Source: Cyanophora paradoxa CCMP329 (taxonomy: Eukaryota > Plantae > Glaucophyta). From it: a stretch of 64,000 bases of DNA. The notes under the pieces were generated by a model. That model worked only from the letters and a program-made list of their open reading frames with translations. It searched no databases and was not told where the DNA came from. The stretch's first letter is position 1. Each line of letters opens with the position of its first letter. Of the stretch, positions 25,101 to 37,922 are shown piece after piece. The translations under genes were made by a program, and so were the position numbers. The stretch lies in contig QPMI01000104.1 of NCBI GenBank assembly GCA_004431415.1, positions 292,457-356,456 on the forward strand. Direction: 5' to 3'.

Positions 25101-27311
25101 ATCCTAAGATCTTGTGCATCCGCATCTTCAGCTTCTTACCTTGCGCTCACTCCGCAGCGGGCGCTGGCGGCCCAGGAGGCGGCCTTCGGGCTGAGCCCCC
25201 TCGCGATCGGGACCTGCTGCGCCCTCGCCGTCACCTACAGCCGCAGGGGCAACGACGGCGCCGCCGAGGCGCTCCTCAAGGCGAGGCCGCCGTACCCCCC
25301 TCCCCCTCCCTCCCGCCCCTCCGCTCACCCGCCCCGCAGCGCGCCCTGGCCGCCCTCGACGCGGCTGACGGGCCCGGGGCCTCCGAGGGGCGTCCCGAGG
25401 AGCTACGCGCCGCGCAGGTCCGTACCCCCCCTCCTTAACTCCCGCGGCACTCGCGCGCCCCTAACGAAAGGGTCCTCAGGTGAGCTGCGCCTGCGGCCTG
25501 GGCGAGGTCTACTTCCACCGGGGGGAATTAGCCGAGGCCGAGGCCCTCTTCAGGGTACCCCCGATCCTAACAAGCTTCCAGCGTGCCCCGCTCAGATAGT
25601 TCCGCAGAGGGCGCTGGAGGTGCTGGACGCGGGGTCGGCTCCCGAAGGGCCCCGATTGGTCTCGGCGCTGGCCGCCCTCGGAGCGACGCTCGCCGAGCAG
25701 GGGCGTGCGGCGGAGGCCGCGCCCTTGCTCCGGGTACGCCTTTCTCGCCCGCGCTCACCTGAGTCAGACGAGCTGAGTGGGTTTGTCAGCGGGCGCTGGG
25801 GATGCAGGAGTCGGCGGCGGGCGCCGATCACCCCTCCTGCGCGCCCGTCGCTGAGTCCCTTGCCCGCGGTCCGCCCCGGCGCCGCCCCGAACCGCTCAGA
25901 GTCTTCCGAATGTGCTGACGCGGTAGCCTGCAGTCCTGTACTCGCTGGGGCGGGCGGAGGAGGCGGACGCGCTGTTCGAGCGGGCGGCCCGGGCGCGCGG
26001 GGCGACGGGGGCCGCGGGGGGTACCGAGAGCATCGACGCCGACGTATCGCTGGACCAGGCCCGCACGCCGCCCGCCGCGCTCCTCCTCCTTCCCCCTCCG
26101 AACAGATCCGCAGCTGATGGGCTCGTACCCGGCCCCAGTCGCGGCCCCGGGGCCCGACCACTCCGGCGTACCCCGGACAGGGGACGATCCCCTCGCCGGT
26201 ACCCGCCCTCGTGTTCCCCCCCTCCTTCCATCCCCACCCCCGCTGATCTGAGGAGGGGTACAGGGGAGGAGCTGTCGCGGCTCCGGGCCGACCTCGAAGC
26301 GGTGCGGTACCCCTCTCACTCACTCCCCCTTCCCCCTCTCACTCACTCCCCCTTACCTGGCCGAGCCGGCGGGTGCGGGGTACAGGTGCGGTCGGAGGCG
26401 GCGCGGCTCTCGGCGGCCCTCCGCGCCTCCTCCGCCGCCCAGTCCCGCCTCGCCTCCGACGCCGAGGTACCCCCCTGCGCTTCATCCCCCCGCCCTTCCC
26501 GACGGGGTACAGGTGGCGCGGATCGAGTCGGAGAGCGCGGGGCGGGGGGCGCGGGAGGCGCGGGAGGAGGCGGCGCGCGCCCGCTCCGACCTCGCCGCCG
26601 TGCTCCGCTGCCGTCCCTCCGGCGCGCCGGCCTCTGACAGCGCCGCGCAGGCGGTGGCGGAGGCGGAGGGGATGCGGAAGCGGCTGGCGCAGGCGGAGAA
26701 GGCCGCCGAGGCCGCCCGGGCCGAGGTCCGCCAGGGGCCCGGCCTGGCGCCCCACTTTGTAGCTGGCTGACCGATCGGCTGCGCAGGCCGCCGCCGCCTC
26801 CTCCGATGCCCTCCACGCTCGCCGCGAGGCCGTCGCTGCCCGCGCCGCCGCCGCTGCCGCCGCCACCGCTGGTCCCGCCGGGCAGTCCGCAGGAGAAGCG
26901 GTCAGACCCCACCGCCCGCCCCCTCCTTTCTTCCTCCCCGCCCGACCGACGCGGACGGCCTCGCAGGGGGCGCTGCGGGCGCGGGTGGAGGCGCTGGAGG
27001 CGCGGCTGGCGGACAGCGCGCCCGTCGGCCCCGCAGCCCTCGCCGGCCTCTCAGCGGCGGAGCTGCGGCGGGCGCAGGAGCGGCTGGCGGCGGGGGCTGT
27101 GGCCGTCGCGTCGGCGCTGGCGGAGGCGAGCGCCGCCGAGGCGCGGGCGTGCCTCGCGTGCGGGGCGCGGCCGCGGGCGGTGCTGGCGCTGCCGTGCCGC
27201 CACCTCGCCCTCTGCGGCGAGTGCTTCGAGGGGCCCGGCGGGGCCCGCTGCCCCCTCTGCGGCCTCGCCCCCGACCCCGCCGCCTCCGTCAGGGGCGCCC
27301 TCCTGTCTTAG
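22164..27311 (+). CDS. Kelch repeats / TPR-like / coiled-coil / RING-HC protein (putative E3 ligase); could be two genes
   Basis: Kelch-like AVYGGTALDGRALDDLWLFEVGTSAWR and AVFGG...DTWLYLFEEVRW; TPR-like LGEVYFHRGELAEAEALF and LGATLAEQGRAAEAAPLL; C-terminal CLACGARPRAVLALPCRHLALCGECF...CPLC then TAG. No stop seen between modules, but the splicing was not fully traced. Confidence 0.65.
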
Positions 27312-27341
27312 AGATTCGGTAAGTTTTTAGCTCCAAGGTTC

Positions 27342-27427
27342 TTCAGCCTTTAGCTACCTAGCGCCAACGGTTCTTTAGCTTTCAGAGATCAGGTCCGACG
27401 GTTTTTCAGCCTTTAGCTACCTAGCGC
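27342..27427 (+). repeat. Short direct repeat (TTCAGCCTTTAGCTACCTAGCGC x2) in the 3' region between convergent genes
   Basis: Seen directly at ~27342 and ~27405. Confidence 0.8.
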
Positions 27428-27518
27428 AGCCTGGCTACACAATCGATCATGACGTGAAAAATCATATTTTAAACAAATACATGAATTTGTTTTTTGCACT
27501 TTTTCGGGGAGGCGATGG

Positions 27519-30500
27519 CTACAGGGTACACTCCGCACGGAACTCGAGGTAGGCATCGTGAACGGAATCGTCGATCCTGCGGAAGGCGTGCGAATCGCTT
27601 AAATTTACAAAACCGCAAATGCATATGGGCTGGGCTGTGCACGCACGTTACGAGCTTGTTCTGCTTGGCAGTGTTGAACACGTGGTCAAGAAGGTTAAGG
27701 AGGAGCTGCCATTGGATCTTGATGACGGCCTTCCGCTCGGCGCTGAAGCCCTTCAGATCCGTGATGGGGTTCGCGCGAGCGTTCGCCAGCTCTTCAACCC
27801 GAGAGAGAACGATCTCGCGGAAGCCCTGTGGAATGCTGGTTTTGAACTTGCCGAACTGCTTCGCAATTTCGCCTTCAACCTGCAGAAAGACAACAAGCAT
27901 GGATTGACTCTCAACCTCGCATTGAGAAACGAAAATCAGCACGTGCTAACCTTGTCACAGACGTTGAGGATTGACTGCTCATAGCATGTGTTTTCGGTAT
28001 CTTGCCAGGGGGCAGCCATGGTCTGCAGAAGCGCATCGAAGCGATCCGTGTTCTTCTTCTTTTTCTGTGCACACATGCAAAAAGCAGAAAGCATCAGCCA
28101 ATGAAAAGAACGACAAAGGAAAAATGGAAGCTTGCCATGGCTTTTCCGAGATAGTACTCTAGCTCGGAATTGATGGTGTCAATGAAGGCATCCTTGAGCG
28201 TGGTGCGGATGAATTCGTTCAACGCAGACGGGAGGTCGGAGTTGAAGAAACGAGCGATGGCTTCTTCCAGGGTCCTATGAGCAGTTTAGTGGCAAGATAC
28301 ACAAAGACAACGTGGCAGAAGAACAGACCGCTTTGTGCGCTTGAGTATGCCTGAGGCAATCTCCTTGACACGGGGTGTGTCGTCATCCTGTCCGCCGTAA
28401 GCAAGCTTGCCCAGCATCAGGCGCTCCTCCAGGTATCCCTTGATGCTGATCGGGTCCTTCTCGATGCCCTCTGTTAGAACCTTGGAGTACAGCGTCTGCA
28501 GCTGGTCCACGAGCGTCGTTGGCAGTCTCGTCAAGAAATTCCCAAACAAGTACTTGAAAACAGGCGCGTTTTCACGACTGGGCGAGTTGAGAAGCTGCCG
28601 AAGCCGGCGCGAGTTGCGTTCAACGTAAGGCTTCTTGTTCTCCATGTAGATTTTCTTGTGCTTTTTGTCGCTGGACTGCTCCAGCAGATCCTGTCAAACT
28701 AATGCATTAAAAACTGATGCGTTTTCAACAATCCAATGGTGAATAAGTGCACCTTCTGCCTTTCGAAGGAAGCGCGATTGCACACCTCAAGCCGCGAGTA
28801 CGCGCCTAGAACGTGAGATCGGATGCGCTCCTCGCACTGCTCGATTCTGTTGTACAGCTCACGGTAGCCCAGAGACTTCAGCGCCTGCAGCGTGTCCCGC
28901 AGGCGTCGCTCTGCGTTCTGAAGCTCCTCATCGATACGCTGACGTTCGGATGAAGAAAGCGGCTGCAGCTGCAAGGTGATGCTCTGCACAAACAGCGCGT
29001 GAGCATCTACCAAGGTGACTACCATATTTGTGCAAACAGTGGAACAAACGCACGTCGTAGAGAAGGCGAAGGCTGTGGAGAACGATGGTTTCTACTTCTT
29101 CTTGAAAGCGAGCTCGAAGGCGTTGCTGGGCGATGGAGTCACGCAGCTCCCGCAGCTTCTGGCAAAGCTGTTCAAGCTGCGGCTGCTTCAAGTTCGCTTC
29201 CTCGCCTGCTCCCCTCGCCTGCGCCTTGAAGTACGATGGCGCAGCGCAGAAAGGAACGAAAGAGAGCCGATCCATGCTGCGAATTGTTAGGGCATAAAGG
29301 GGATTTGCGCATTGCTTGCAAGTTGAAAAGGGCTCGCACATTGCGTTCTCGTCGATGCTGGTGGTCTCCATAGCCTCATTCTCGATTTCTGGAATCATGC
29401 TCAAGATCACTGGTCGCCACTCCGTGAATTTGACGCGCTGTTCGACCTCATCTTGCATCACCTTCACCCGTGCGTCCGTCATTTCTTCCTTGGTTTTGCC
29501 ATTGTGTGCGTCATAAGCCATGATGACCTGCCCTCTCGAATCAGCCATTTCGAATTCGCAGTACCAGTGCGAGAAACTCACAGCGTGATCCTTGGGCTTC
29601 AGAATGAGGGAGCGGATCGGCTCTGTAAGGTCCGAGAAGACATCGGATGGTGTGTTTTGGTGGCCCACGACGTGAAGCAGGACGTCGATCTGGCCGCCCA
29701 TTCCCGACTGCGCCGCAGCTGCCCTTCTGACCGTATCGATGCTGCTCGAGCCAACACAGTCGCACTGCGCAGCAATTGTTACAAGTGATCGACAGCCTTT
29801 TAGAGGGACCGACTGACAAAGACAAAGCCGTCACATGACTTGCTTGGCACACCGAACTCGGCCCACTTGACGAGACCCCAGCAGCTCCGGATCCCGTTTG
29901 CAGTGAAGAGACCAAGCATCTTCTGGATGCCAAACATAGCTTCTTCCCGATTCTCAGTTCCTGTGCAATAACAAATGTCACCCTTCGCTTCACTTTCGGT
30001 GCCAAACCTCATAAATCAAAGTGGCCATGACCCACCTGATACATACAACAAATTACGCCCGCGAAGAAGCTTCATCTCCGCAATCTCTTCATCGAACTCC
30101 AGATCCAATGGCCTATTGAGGAGTCAAATCAAACGGAGAGCTACGTTATCTATGACAAGAATCTTACGTTATTTCGTCGAGTCTCTTGCCTTGTGCATTT
30201 ACCAGGCCCTCCTTGCCCACCATGGAGAGAGCACGCAGGATTTTCTCCTCGTCCGAATCTCTGTCAAATCCGGTCTCGCCGTCGTACGGAGAACGCTCCC
30301 CGCGGCCCTTGGATTTGTCCCGCGCGAGTCGGTCGCGCGCTTCTAATGCCTCTTCCTTAGCCGTCTCATGTTCGTCTTCGGTGATGAATGAAGTCACACA
30401 GTAGGGAATGGGAGACAACTTGCCGAAAACAGAGACACTGCTCAAAACGTGAGATAAAAAAATGTGCATGTCTCAAAAAGAATGAAATTGACCTGGTTGT

Positions 30501-33500
30501 TGCATTTACATCCACTGCGGGCAAGATAATGCCAGGTTCAAACTTCACTTTCATCACTTCTGAACCAGCTCGCTCCTCGAGTTTCTCCATGAGTCGGAAC
30601 ATAAAGCTGGTGTCGCCGTCGTTACCCTTGCTGCCGCTCGCAGCCAGTGCAGCAACTGCAGTTTTGTGACCGACGTCCGCCAGTACTTTAAGCTTCTGGT
30701 CATGGTCATCCGGCAGGGTTGTGCCATTGATGAAGCCAAAGAACTGTTATTAACAATTAGCAAAGGGTTGCAGAACTTCGGAAGACAACTGCAATTGGCG
30801 TCGGGAAACGCACAGCACAAGTGACGGGATTCCAACGGACACGATCTCCCAACATGTGCTTCACCCTGCTGATTAAGCGGCGGAAATTCTCGACCGAGAG
30901 CATTCCCATGTACAGGAGGCTCGACAACAAAGTAGATTTGCCTGGAAATAATTTAACTTTAAACAAAGGTCATTTTGAATATACATCTGAAAACCCAATC
31001 GCACCGCAGTGCGTGAATCCCACAAGGAAGATCCTAAGAACCATTAGCCTTGAGATGGATATCGAATGGGATCCCGTCAAGCCGCTCTCCAACTGTCGCA
31101 TGGATAAGGCAACATAACTGGTGTAAAAACAATAGATGGATGCACGATTGTGCGGATGGTCTCAGAATTTTCGCCGTACATGTTGCTACCCGCGTCCTTT
31201 TTCGACACAATAACGCCCAGCGTCTCGTTTGCAAGCTTGCAAACGAGATCAAAGGTTTTCTCTTGCCCTGTGCGATATTTCAACATCGAAAACTAAACGG
31301 CCATCGCATTTGAAAGCATGCACCGGCAATGCACGAGTCAAGCTCAAGCAGTTCGTGCAAGTAGTCTCGAATGGACGCAGGAGCCGATGAATTGATGGTT
31401 CGCTGCCGCTTCCGAGGAACAGGCTGCGTCGCGATGACCTCCTCTGTCCCTGTTCTCACACTGGTGCGGACCCATTCGTACTTGGTTCCATCACTACTTA
31501 CACGTGTCTGCAGCGATAAATGAATCTTGGAAGCGATTCACACAGTGGCAGTATCACCAACCGTCAAAAGCGCAGGATCATCAGGGTTCCTGTTGTCCGG
31601 TCGCGCGTCTTCGTGAACATCTGTCGTAGACTTTGCAATTGAGGCGCAAAGAAGGCCTTCAGGCGGCATGCGCACGAACCCCACTGGAAGTCCATGCCGT
31701 GGACAGATTTTGGCTGCACTTGAGATTCGATGGTGCTCTCTGACACTGCATCGGCGCCCTCATCTATGCATATGCGTTCAGAAAGGGTTTGAATTGATGC
31801 TATTTGAATTGAAAGCGCGAACCAGTTGGGACAATGCTCTTGGCTCGCAGTGACCAATACTCGGTCCGGCCCTGTTTCTTGACTTGCCCAAGCATGACCA
31901 CATGATGACGGGCGCCACCAGTCTCGTCTTCCTGCCCCATCGAAGCTTCGTAGCTCTTCACTGCGAGCACACGATTCGAATCCTGCAGAGCTTGTTGGTC
32001 GAATATCTGCATAGAACTGATCATGCAACGAAACGCACCCGGAAGAACACGTGAATGTCAATCTGCAGTGTGTGTGCAAGAATGGTTGCCGCCACATCGT
32101 CGAACAGAGCGGCGTGCCCTCGCTTGCCCGAGGTCTCCCGCATAACGTCTGAAAGGTAGTCTCGGGTTGTCTGCAATAAACATTCAGCAACGATGGCCGA
32201 CTAAAATCTAATGATTGAAAATGCACCGATTGTTTTGGATGTGGGATCCCAAGATCAGTCACCAGCTTCTTGGCTTGAGGCATAAACATGTCGAGTCGTT
32301 CCGCCAAGTCACCCTCACTGGTCTTCAGCTTGGACAGGACAATGTCTTCGAGCGCTGCATTAGACACGGAGCCGCGCCTGCGCATCCGTGTCATTCCCCC
32401 CACAGAATTATCCGGATCAGACGCTCAGCCTACTCGCACCAGACAGCCTGCGAGAGAACTCCCAACATTGATCCAGCTAGCACCATCTCGTCGAAGGCAA
32501 CGCCCAGTGTTTCGTCCTCACACAAGTCGGGAAGTAAGCGGATCGATCTCCCACATGCGTTCTTGAGCCTTGCAAGCAGGCTGCTCCGTGCTTCCGCCTC
32601 GAGATGTCCAAGAGGGATCATAAAACGTGCTGCTGCATTCTGCGGGCGGCCAAGTGAACTCAGAATGGCGAAATCAAAGACAATGGATTGGTCTCTGCAA
32701 GATCGCACCAACGGATTGGCGAGATCAACCTCTGGTTGATCGTCCTCATCATGATCATGATCATCTTGTTCCATGGCTGCCTCGCTCCCAATCTCTTCCT
32801 GTACATCAAAGGCTGCATACCGTTCAGATTACTTGCAGTGCACTTGGCTGCCATATGCATCATTCAATTTGGCAAACTCGCGAACCTTTCGCAGGGGGAA
32901 CTGCGGCAGCGACATCGACATCGTCGACGTCCTGCGAGCCGAAGTCGAGAGCTGCTGGTCCTGAGATGTCCTTCTCTTGAGTAGACGCCGCCTGGTGCAG
33001 AGAAGCGAGAGAGACAGCTTTGCCTCCCGCCATGGGGTACACAAAGGCCTGCTTGAGAGCGGCATGGGGGACAGGCTTCACACCAACTGCTTTGAGAACG
33101 GCCTTCGCCCACGCAGAGCCAGTCAAAATGTGAGCAGATCCGTCCTTGTCCATGTACTGGATGAGCCCTTGTTCGAGAACCTGAAAGTGTTCGAAGTGTT
33201 AAATCAAAGTGTTTCACGTTGCTTTATCTATAATCTAGCTCTTAATTTCGGTTGCACCTTGCAGTTGTAGCCGCGAAGCTCAAGAATGTCCCCGATCTTG
33301 ACCATGTCCCTGATGACCAACTGGCCGAGCATGGACTTGGACTTCGCTCTTGCTTTGGATGCGGACGATGGGACTTCCAGCGGCGGATTCTGTTGATTGC
33401 AAGATCAGCGGCTCGGACTTGATGCGTGAACACGATTCAATAATTAAAATTGTACGCAAGCAGACCTCGTTCACGTCATTCGGGCCCAAGAAGAGTTCGA

Positions 33501-36500
33501 CGAGGAGCTCAATCAGATCCTTCTTCGTAGACCTCTTGAAGTTTGTAGGTCTCCGTCCCGTGCACTGCTCGTAGGACTTCGCCAGCTGTTCTCGAGTGCG
33601 GAGGCGGAAAAGGTCTGGAGAATTGCAGTTTCAGATGATCACGAGCTTTGTCTGAGAGGCTTAATCAGACCTGAATTCATGCCCACAGCCTTGTAGTACT
33701 TCCGCAGCAGCAATATGAAGTCAACTGGAGAAGCATTAGCAACATCACCAACAATTTCCACAGCTATTGCCGGATCAACAGCTTGCATGGCCTGCATGGC
33801 CTGAGTAAGGCCCTTAGCATGAGTTGCAATGCTCCAAAGAGCGAACCATGAAAGCTCGACGGAATGAGCTGCGTGGGAGCTTCGACAGGAGTCTGAAGTA
33901 TGCACGATTGCGCTGCAGCTCTGTTGTCGGATTCGACCACATGGATGGCCGCCAGAATTCAGAAGCAGTCAGCAAATGTCTCTGGAAGCCAGCTGGGATG
34001 AAGGCAGAGCCCCAGAACACGAGTGGATTCACCACGAGAGGTGGTTCTGCGGGTAACAATAATGAATAATTACGTAGACCCGAATTTTACTCATGCTATC
34101 GACGGAAAACAATTAAAAACTACGAACCATCCCCCTTCTTTACAAGAATGATGTGAGGGTGCCCCTCCATCTCCAAGCGAGTGAAACCCGAGTCCCGCAG
34201 GCCATCGATAATGTCAGGATCGGCACACTTCGACGCGAGTGTGTCCACCAGCTTCTTAGGTAACTGGAAATCTATGACGGTGCTTCCAGAAGACGATTTA
34301 GGTTCTGGCGCCTGGAAACTGGACCCCACTCCGTCCTAGGACGATGTCAGAGACGCAACTGTGTTGGTTTCCATCTGGAATGCTAATCAATGACTGACCG
34401 CTCCAATGATGCACCGGATTAATTCAAGTACTTGACGGGGGTCCGAGTATGTGTGGCTGATGCTGAGGATGGCGCGGATGTTTGCCAGCTGCTGCATCTC
34501 GGAGGATGAGCTCGATGCTCCACTTGAGACGGACGTGGCAGCTGTAGGTGCACTGGAGCTGGCGCTGGAGCTCGACGAGCTCGCTACCGACAACGCAGGA
34601 AGGGCCAAGTTGGAGGCTTCGCCGGACTGCATGTTGAGAAGTGCCGAACTGCGGCTCAAAGCCTCACGGACGGCTCGAACTTGCTGCCGAACACAAAAGG
34701 AGTCCGAATCATCGACGAAATCTGTTGCCAGACGAGCCGCTTGAGAAATTGGACGTACGCACATGTACATTGCAAAAATCACCATGTACGAACCGCGTTC
34801 ACGGATGTCGGGAAGAAAACCCTCACTGTGAAGAGACCCCCACAGTTCCACAGCTGACTTGATTCGAAGGATTTCCGCATCCTGCAGGCTATTTAGACAT
34901 CATGCAGATTGATACAACGTGCATGTCGAACCTGGAGAAGGCCAGATAAGACGCGGAGCAACCTCTCTGGAATCTGCATAATTCGCTCTAGAATCCAGCG
35001 ATCGCTGGGATGAAGAGGCGAGCCCTCGCCAGTACGAGCATGGATGAAAATAGAGTGGAGAGGAGAGTGGAGTGATGCTTCTGTGCCCGATTGTACACCA
35101 GTCAGCATTTGGAGAGCCACAGTTCCGATACTGTACTTGTCTGTACTGGTGAATGGTCTTCCACGCACCTAGAGACGGCATCATTTCGTTATTACATAGT
35201 AAAAGCTACGCAGAGACAGTGTTACGCACAAGATCTACAGCCCCGAGTCGTGGAATCGGCACTCCCAAACGATGCTCCCAAGATGGGATCCCCAAACTTG
35301 CGTCGCGCAAATCCTCACGATCACGGCGCAATGTCCCATTTGCGAAATCAAGCACCGCAAATCTGTGGTTGCGTTTTAGGAATTTAATCGAGCCGCGTAA
35401 ATGAGTGAACGCACTGCGGCAGCTTGCCCGTATCCGGTGCACGCCAGACGAGAATGTTCGATGTCGAGACGTCGCAGTGGATGAGGTTGGCCTCCTCATG
35501 AATTCGATAGAATAATATGCACATCTACGGAAACAATCGCATCTGATTCGATTGACACATAGAAGAAGTGATCACCTGTTCGAGGAAAGCGACGACCTCC
35601 TCAGGCGTGAAGGTTTGGGCGTGCTCCAGCAGGTCATCGATGCTGCGTAAATGTGCAAGTTAGGAAGTCGATGGATTGCATTGGGCTTGGCGGTTCAACC
35701 TTGGCGCTTCGAAGAAAGTCATAGCAAGGAGGCGATGCTCACAGCCGTCGACGTCGTGTGTGCCGACGGGCTCGAGCTCGTCCCACAGATTCGGGACCAT
35801 GAAGATGCGAAGGCGGCGGAGCTGCTCGAGGGCCCCGCGCTCGAATGTGTAATCATTGGTGCTGTGGGAAGTATGAAAATGAGATGAGGCGGCTGCGGGA
35901 AGGGGGGAGGACGAACATGAGATGGGGCGGATGAGACTGAGTGAGTGTGAACTGCTTGATGGCGACCTTCGAGAGCTGTAATGAGTTCGACCCTGCAGCT
36001 GCAGGAGACGGGCCGTGACAGGCCGCCAAGAAGACTTTGCCCGAGCGCCCCTCGCCGAGGACTTTAAGGCAGGTGTACCGTCTTAAGCTTCCGCCCCCAG
36101 ATTGGCCGCTGCTAGACTGGCTGAACTCGCCAAAATTTGTCCCTGGATCGCCACGCAGGACCAGGGGGCCATCGCAGACGTCGGAAGGATCGCGATCGCC
36201 CGCGGCCTGCATCGCTTTCTGTTCCGCCCGCCACTGCTGCAGCTGCTTACCATGCTGCACATACTCCGCTGGTGCGTCCGCTGCAGCTGGTGCGTCCACT
36301 GCATCGAGCTGCATGTGAGAAGGCTGGTCCGGCGAGCGAGGCCGCAAGCAGGTCCTTTCATCGATGAGGGCTCCTACAGTGTCTTGCACTTCATGCGAGC
36401 GCTGGCACCTGCAGAGTGGTGTCAGCTATTAGACACGAGTGCCTCGTGAGAGGGAGGAGCGGGGGTTGGGGGGGGGGGGGGTGGGAGGGGCGGGGAGCGG

Positions 36501-37251
36501 GGGGAGGAGGGGGGACGGCGGAGATGGGGGGATGGGGGGGGGGGGGGGGGGGGGGGCAATGGGCAATGGGAGGAAAGGGAGGAAGGGGGGGGCCGGGAAG
36601 TTCTGGCTTACAGCGGCGATGACTCCTTAGCGAGGGGTATAGCAATGACAGTACGAGGGATATAGGAGGGGAGTGCGGAGGGTGGTACAGCGGCGATGGC
36701 TCATTATCGACGAAGATACGAGGGGTATAGGAGGGCAGAGGGTGGGGGGGGGCGGGGGGGGGGGGGGCGGGGGGGGGGGGGAAGAGGGGGGGCCTACGAA
36801 GTTTAGTAGCGCGGTTCAAGTTCAAGGTGCGGTCAGGGCATACACTAATACGCCAGGGGAGCGGGGGATACAGCGGCAATGGCGACGACGGGGGGTACAG
36901 CGGCAATGGTAAGAGACGACGGTACGAGGGGTATAGAGGCGAGAAAGTGGGTATAGGAGGGGTATAGGGGTGTAGGAGTATATAGTTAGAGTGGGTAGTG
37001 GGTTGGCAGAAGGGGGGCACGAAATCAACCCGGGTACATGAAGGAGTTCGGAAGGATCGGGTGGACGAGCGAGTCGGGAGCGGGGGAGAACGGGACGCTT
37101 TGAAAGTCCACTAGCGTATCAGTAGTACGCACTTGACGCAGACGCAAGCCTGCTGGTCCGGATCGAAGTGCGCTTTCCAGGGGGCGGACTCGTTGGCGGG
37201 GTCGAGGACGAGGCCGATAGCAGCAACGGCAAGCGCCGGGTCGAGCTCCAT
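27519..37251 (-). CDS. Giant multidomain protein, copy 2 (same architecture as 3587-13849); no lesion seen in the exons checked
   Basis: LGEGRSGKVF, VAIK, IHCDVSTSN, VLDFA, TDKYSIGTVALQMLTG; TREQLAKSYEQCTGRRPTNFKRSTKKDLIELL; MLGQLVIRDMVKIGDILEL...TGSAWAKAVL; IFLVGFTHCG|KSTLL, ILPAVDVNATT, WGLVKWAEFGVP, CDCVG. Ends ...AYLEFRAECTL-TAG. Confidence 0.82.
36450..37020. repeat. G-rich degenerate minisatellite in the long first intron of copy 2
   Basis: Poly-G tracts with recurring TACAGCGGC(A/G)ATG and TACGAGGGGTATAG motifs. Confidence 0.75.
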
Positions 37252-37922
37252 CCCTTCTCTCTCCGGAAGCGCGTGTCCGTTAGCTGCGACCAGAGGAGCG
37301 AATCCCGTTAGGAGCTGTCTGCGATGATCATGAAGCGCGCGCGGCTCTATGCGCAAAGATTTAGGAGCGCGCCGCGGCGGCTTTGCGCTACGCTAGATTG
37401 CATCGCCATACGCTCATCGCGGCCGCTTTAACACTGCGGCCGCGCGGCTTAGCTAAGCGCGGCGGCTTTTGCGGACCTGCAGGCTGCAGCTGCAGCTGAC
37501 CAAGTGGACGACGGGGGACGAGCCCCCGAGTCTTCTTCGAGCAGTCCTACCTTCGATGCGAGCACGGCCGAGCGCGGCCCTCAAGCTCCGCCTCCTCGTC
37601 GACTCGCGGACGTCGTCGACGTTCGCGGAATCGCCGAGCACGGAATTCGCCGACTGCCTGACTGGCCTCTTCGACCGCAACGCCAAGCACACTGGCACCC
37701 AAAACTGCTCGCAATGCAAAACCGAATGATGCGATCAGCTGGACGGGAGGGCATAATGAACGCACGGCGCGCTGGGTAGTGAAAAGCGCACCTGGCCCAC
37801 GTGTAGAGCTCGACGATCGAAGGCACCGGCGCGTCACAGCGGGCCGAACCACCGGAAGCTGAGCACAAACCCGGGGGGCGTACGGCAGCGGGGTACAGTC
37901 GTTCAAGTAAGCCAAGCAAGCG

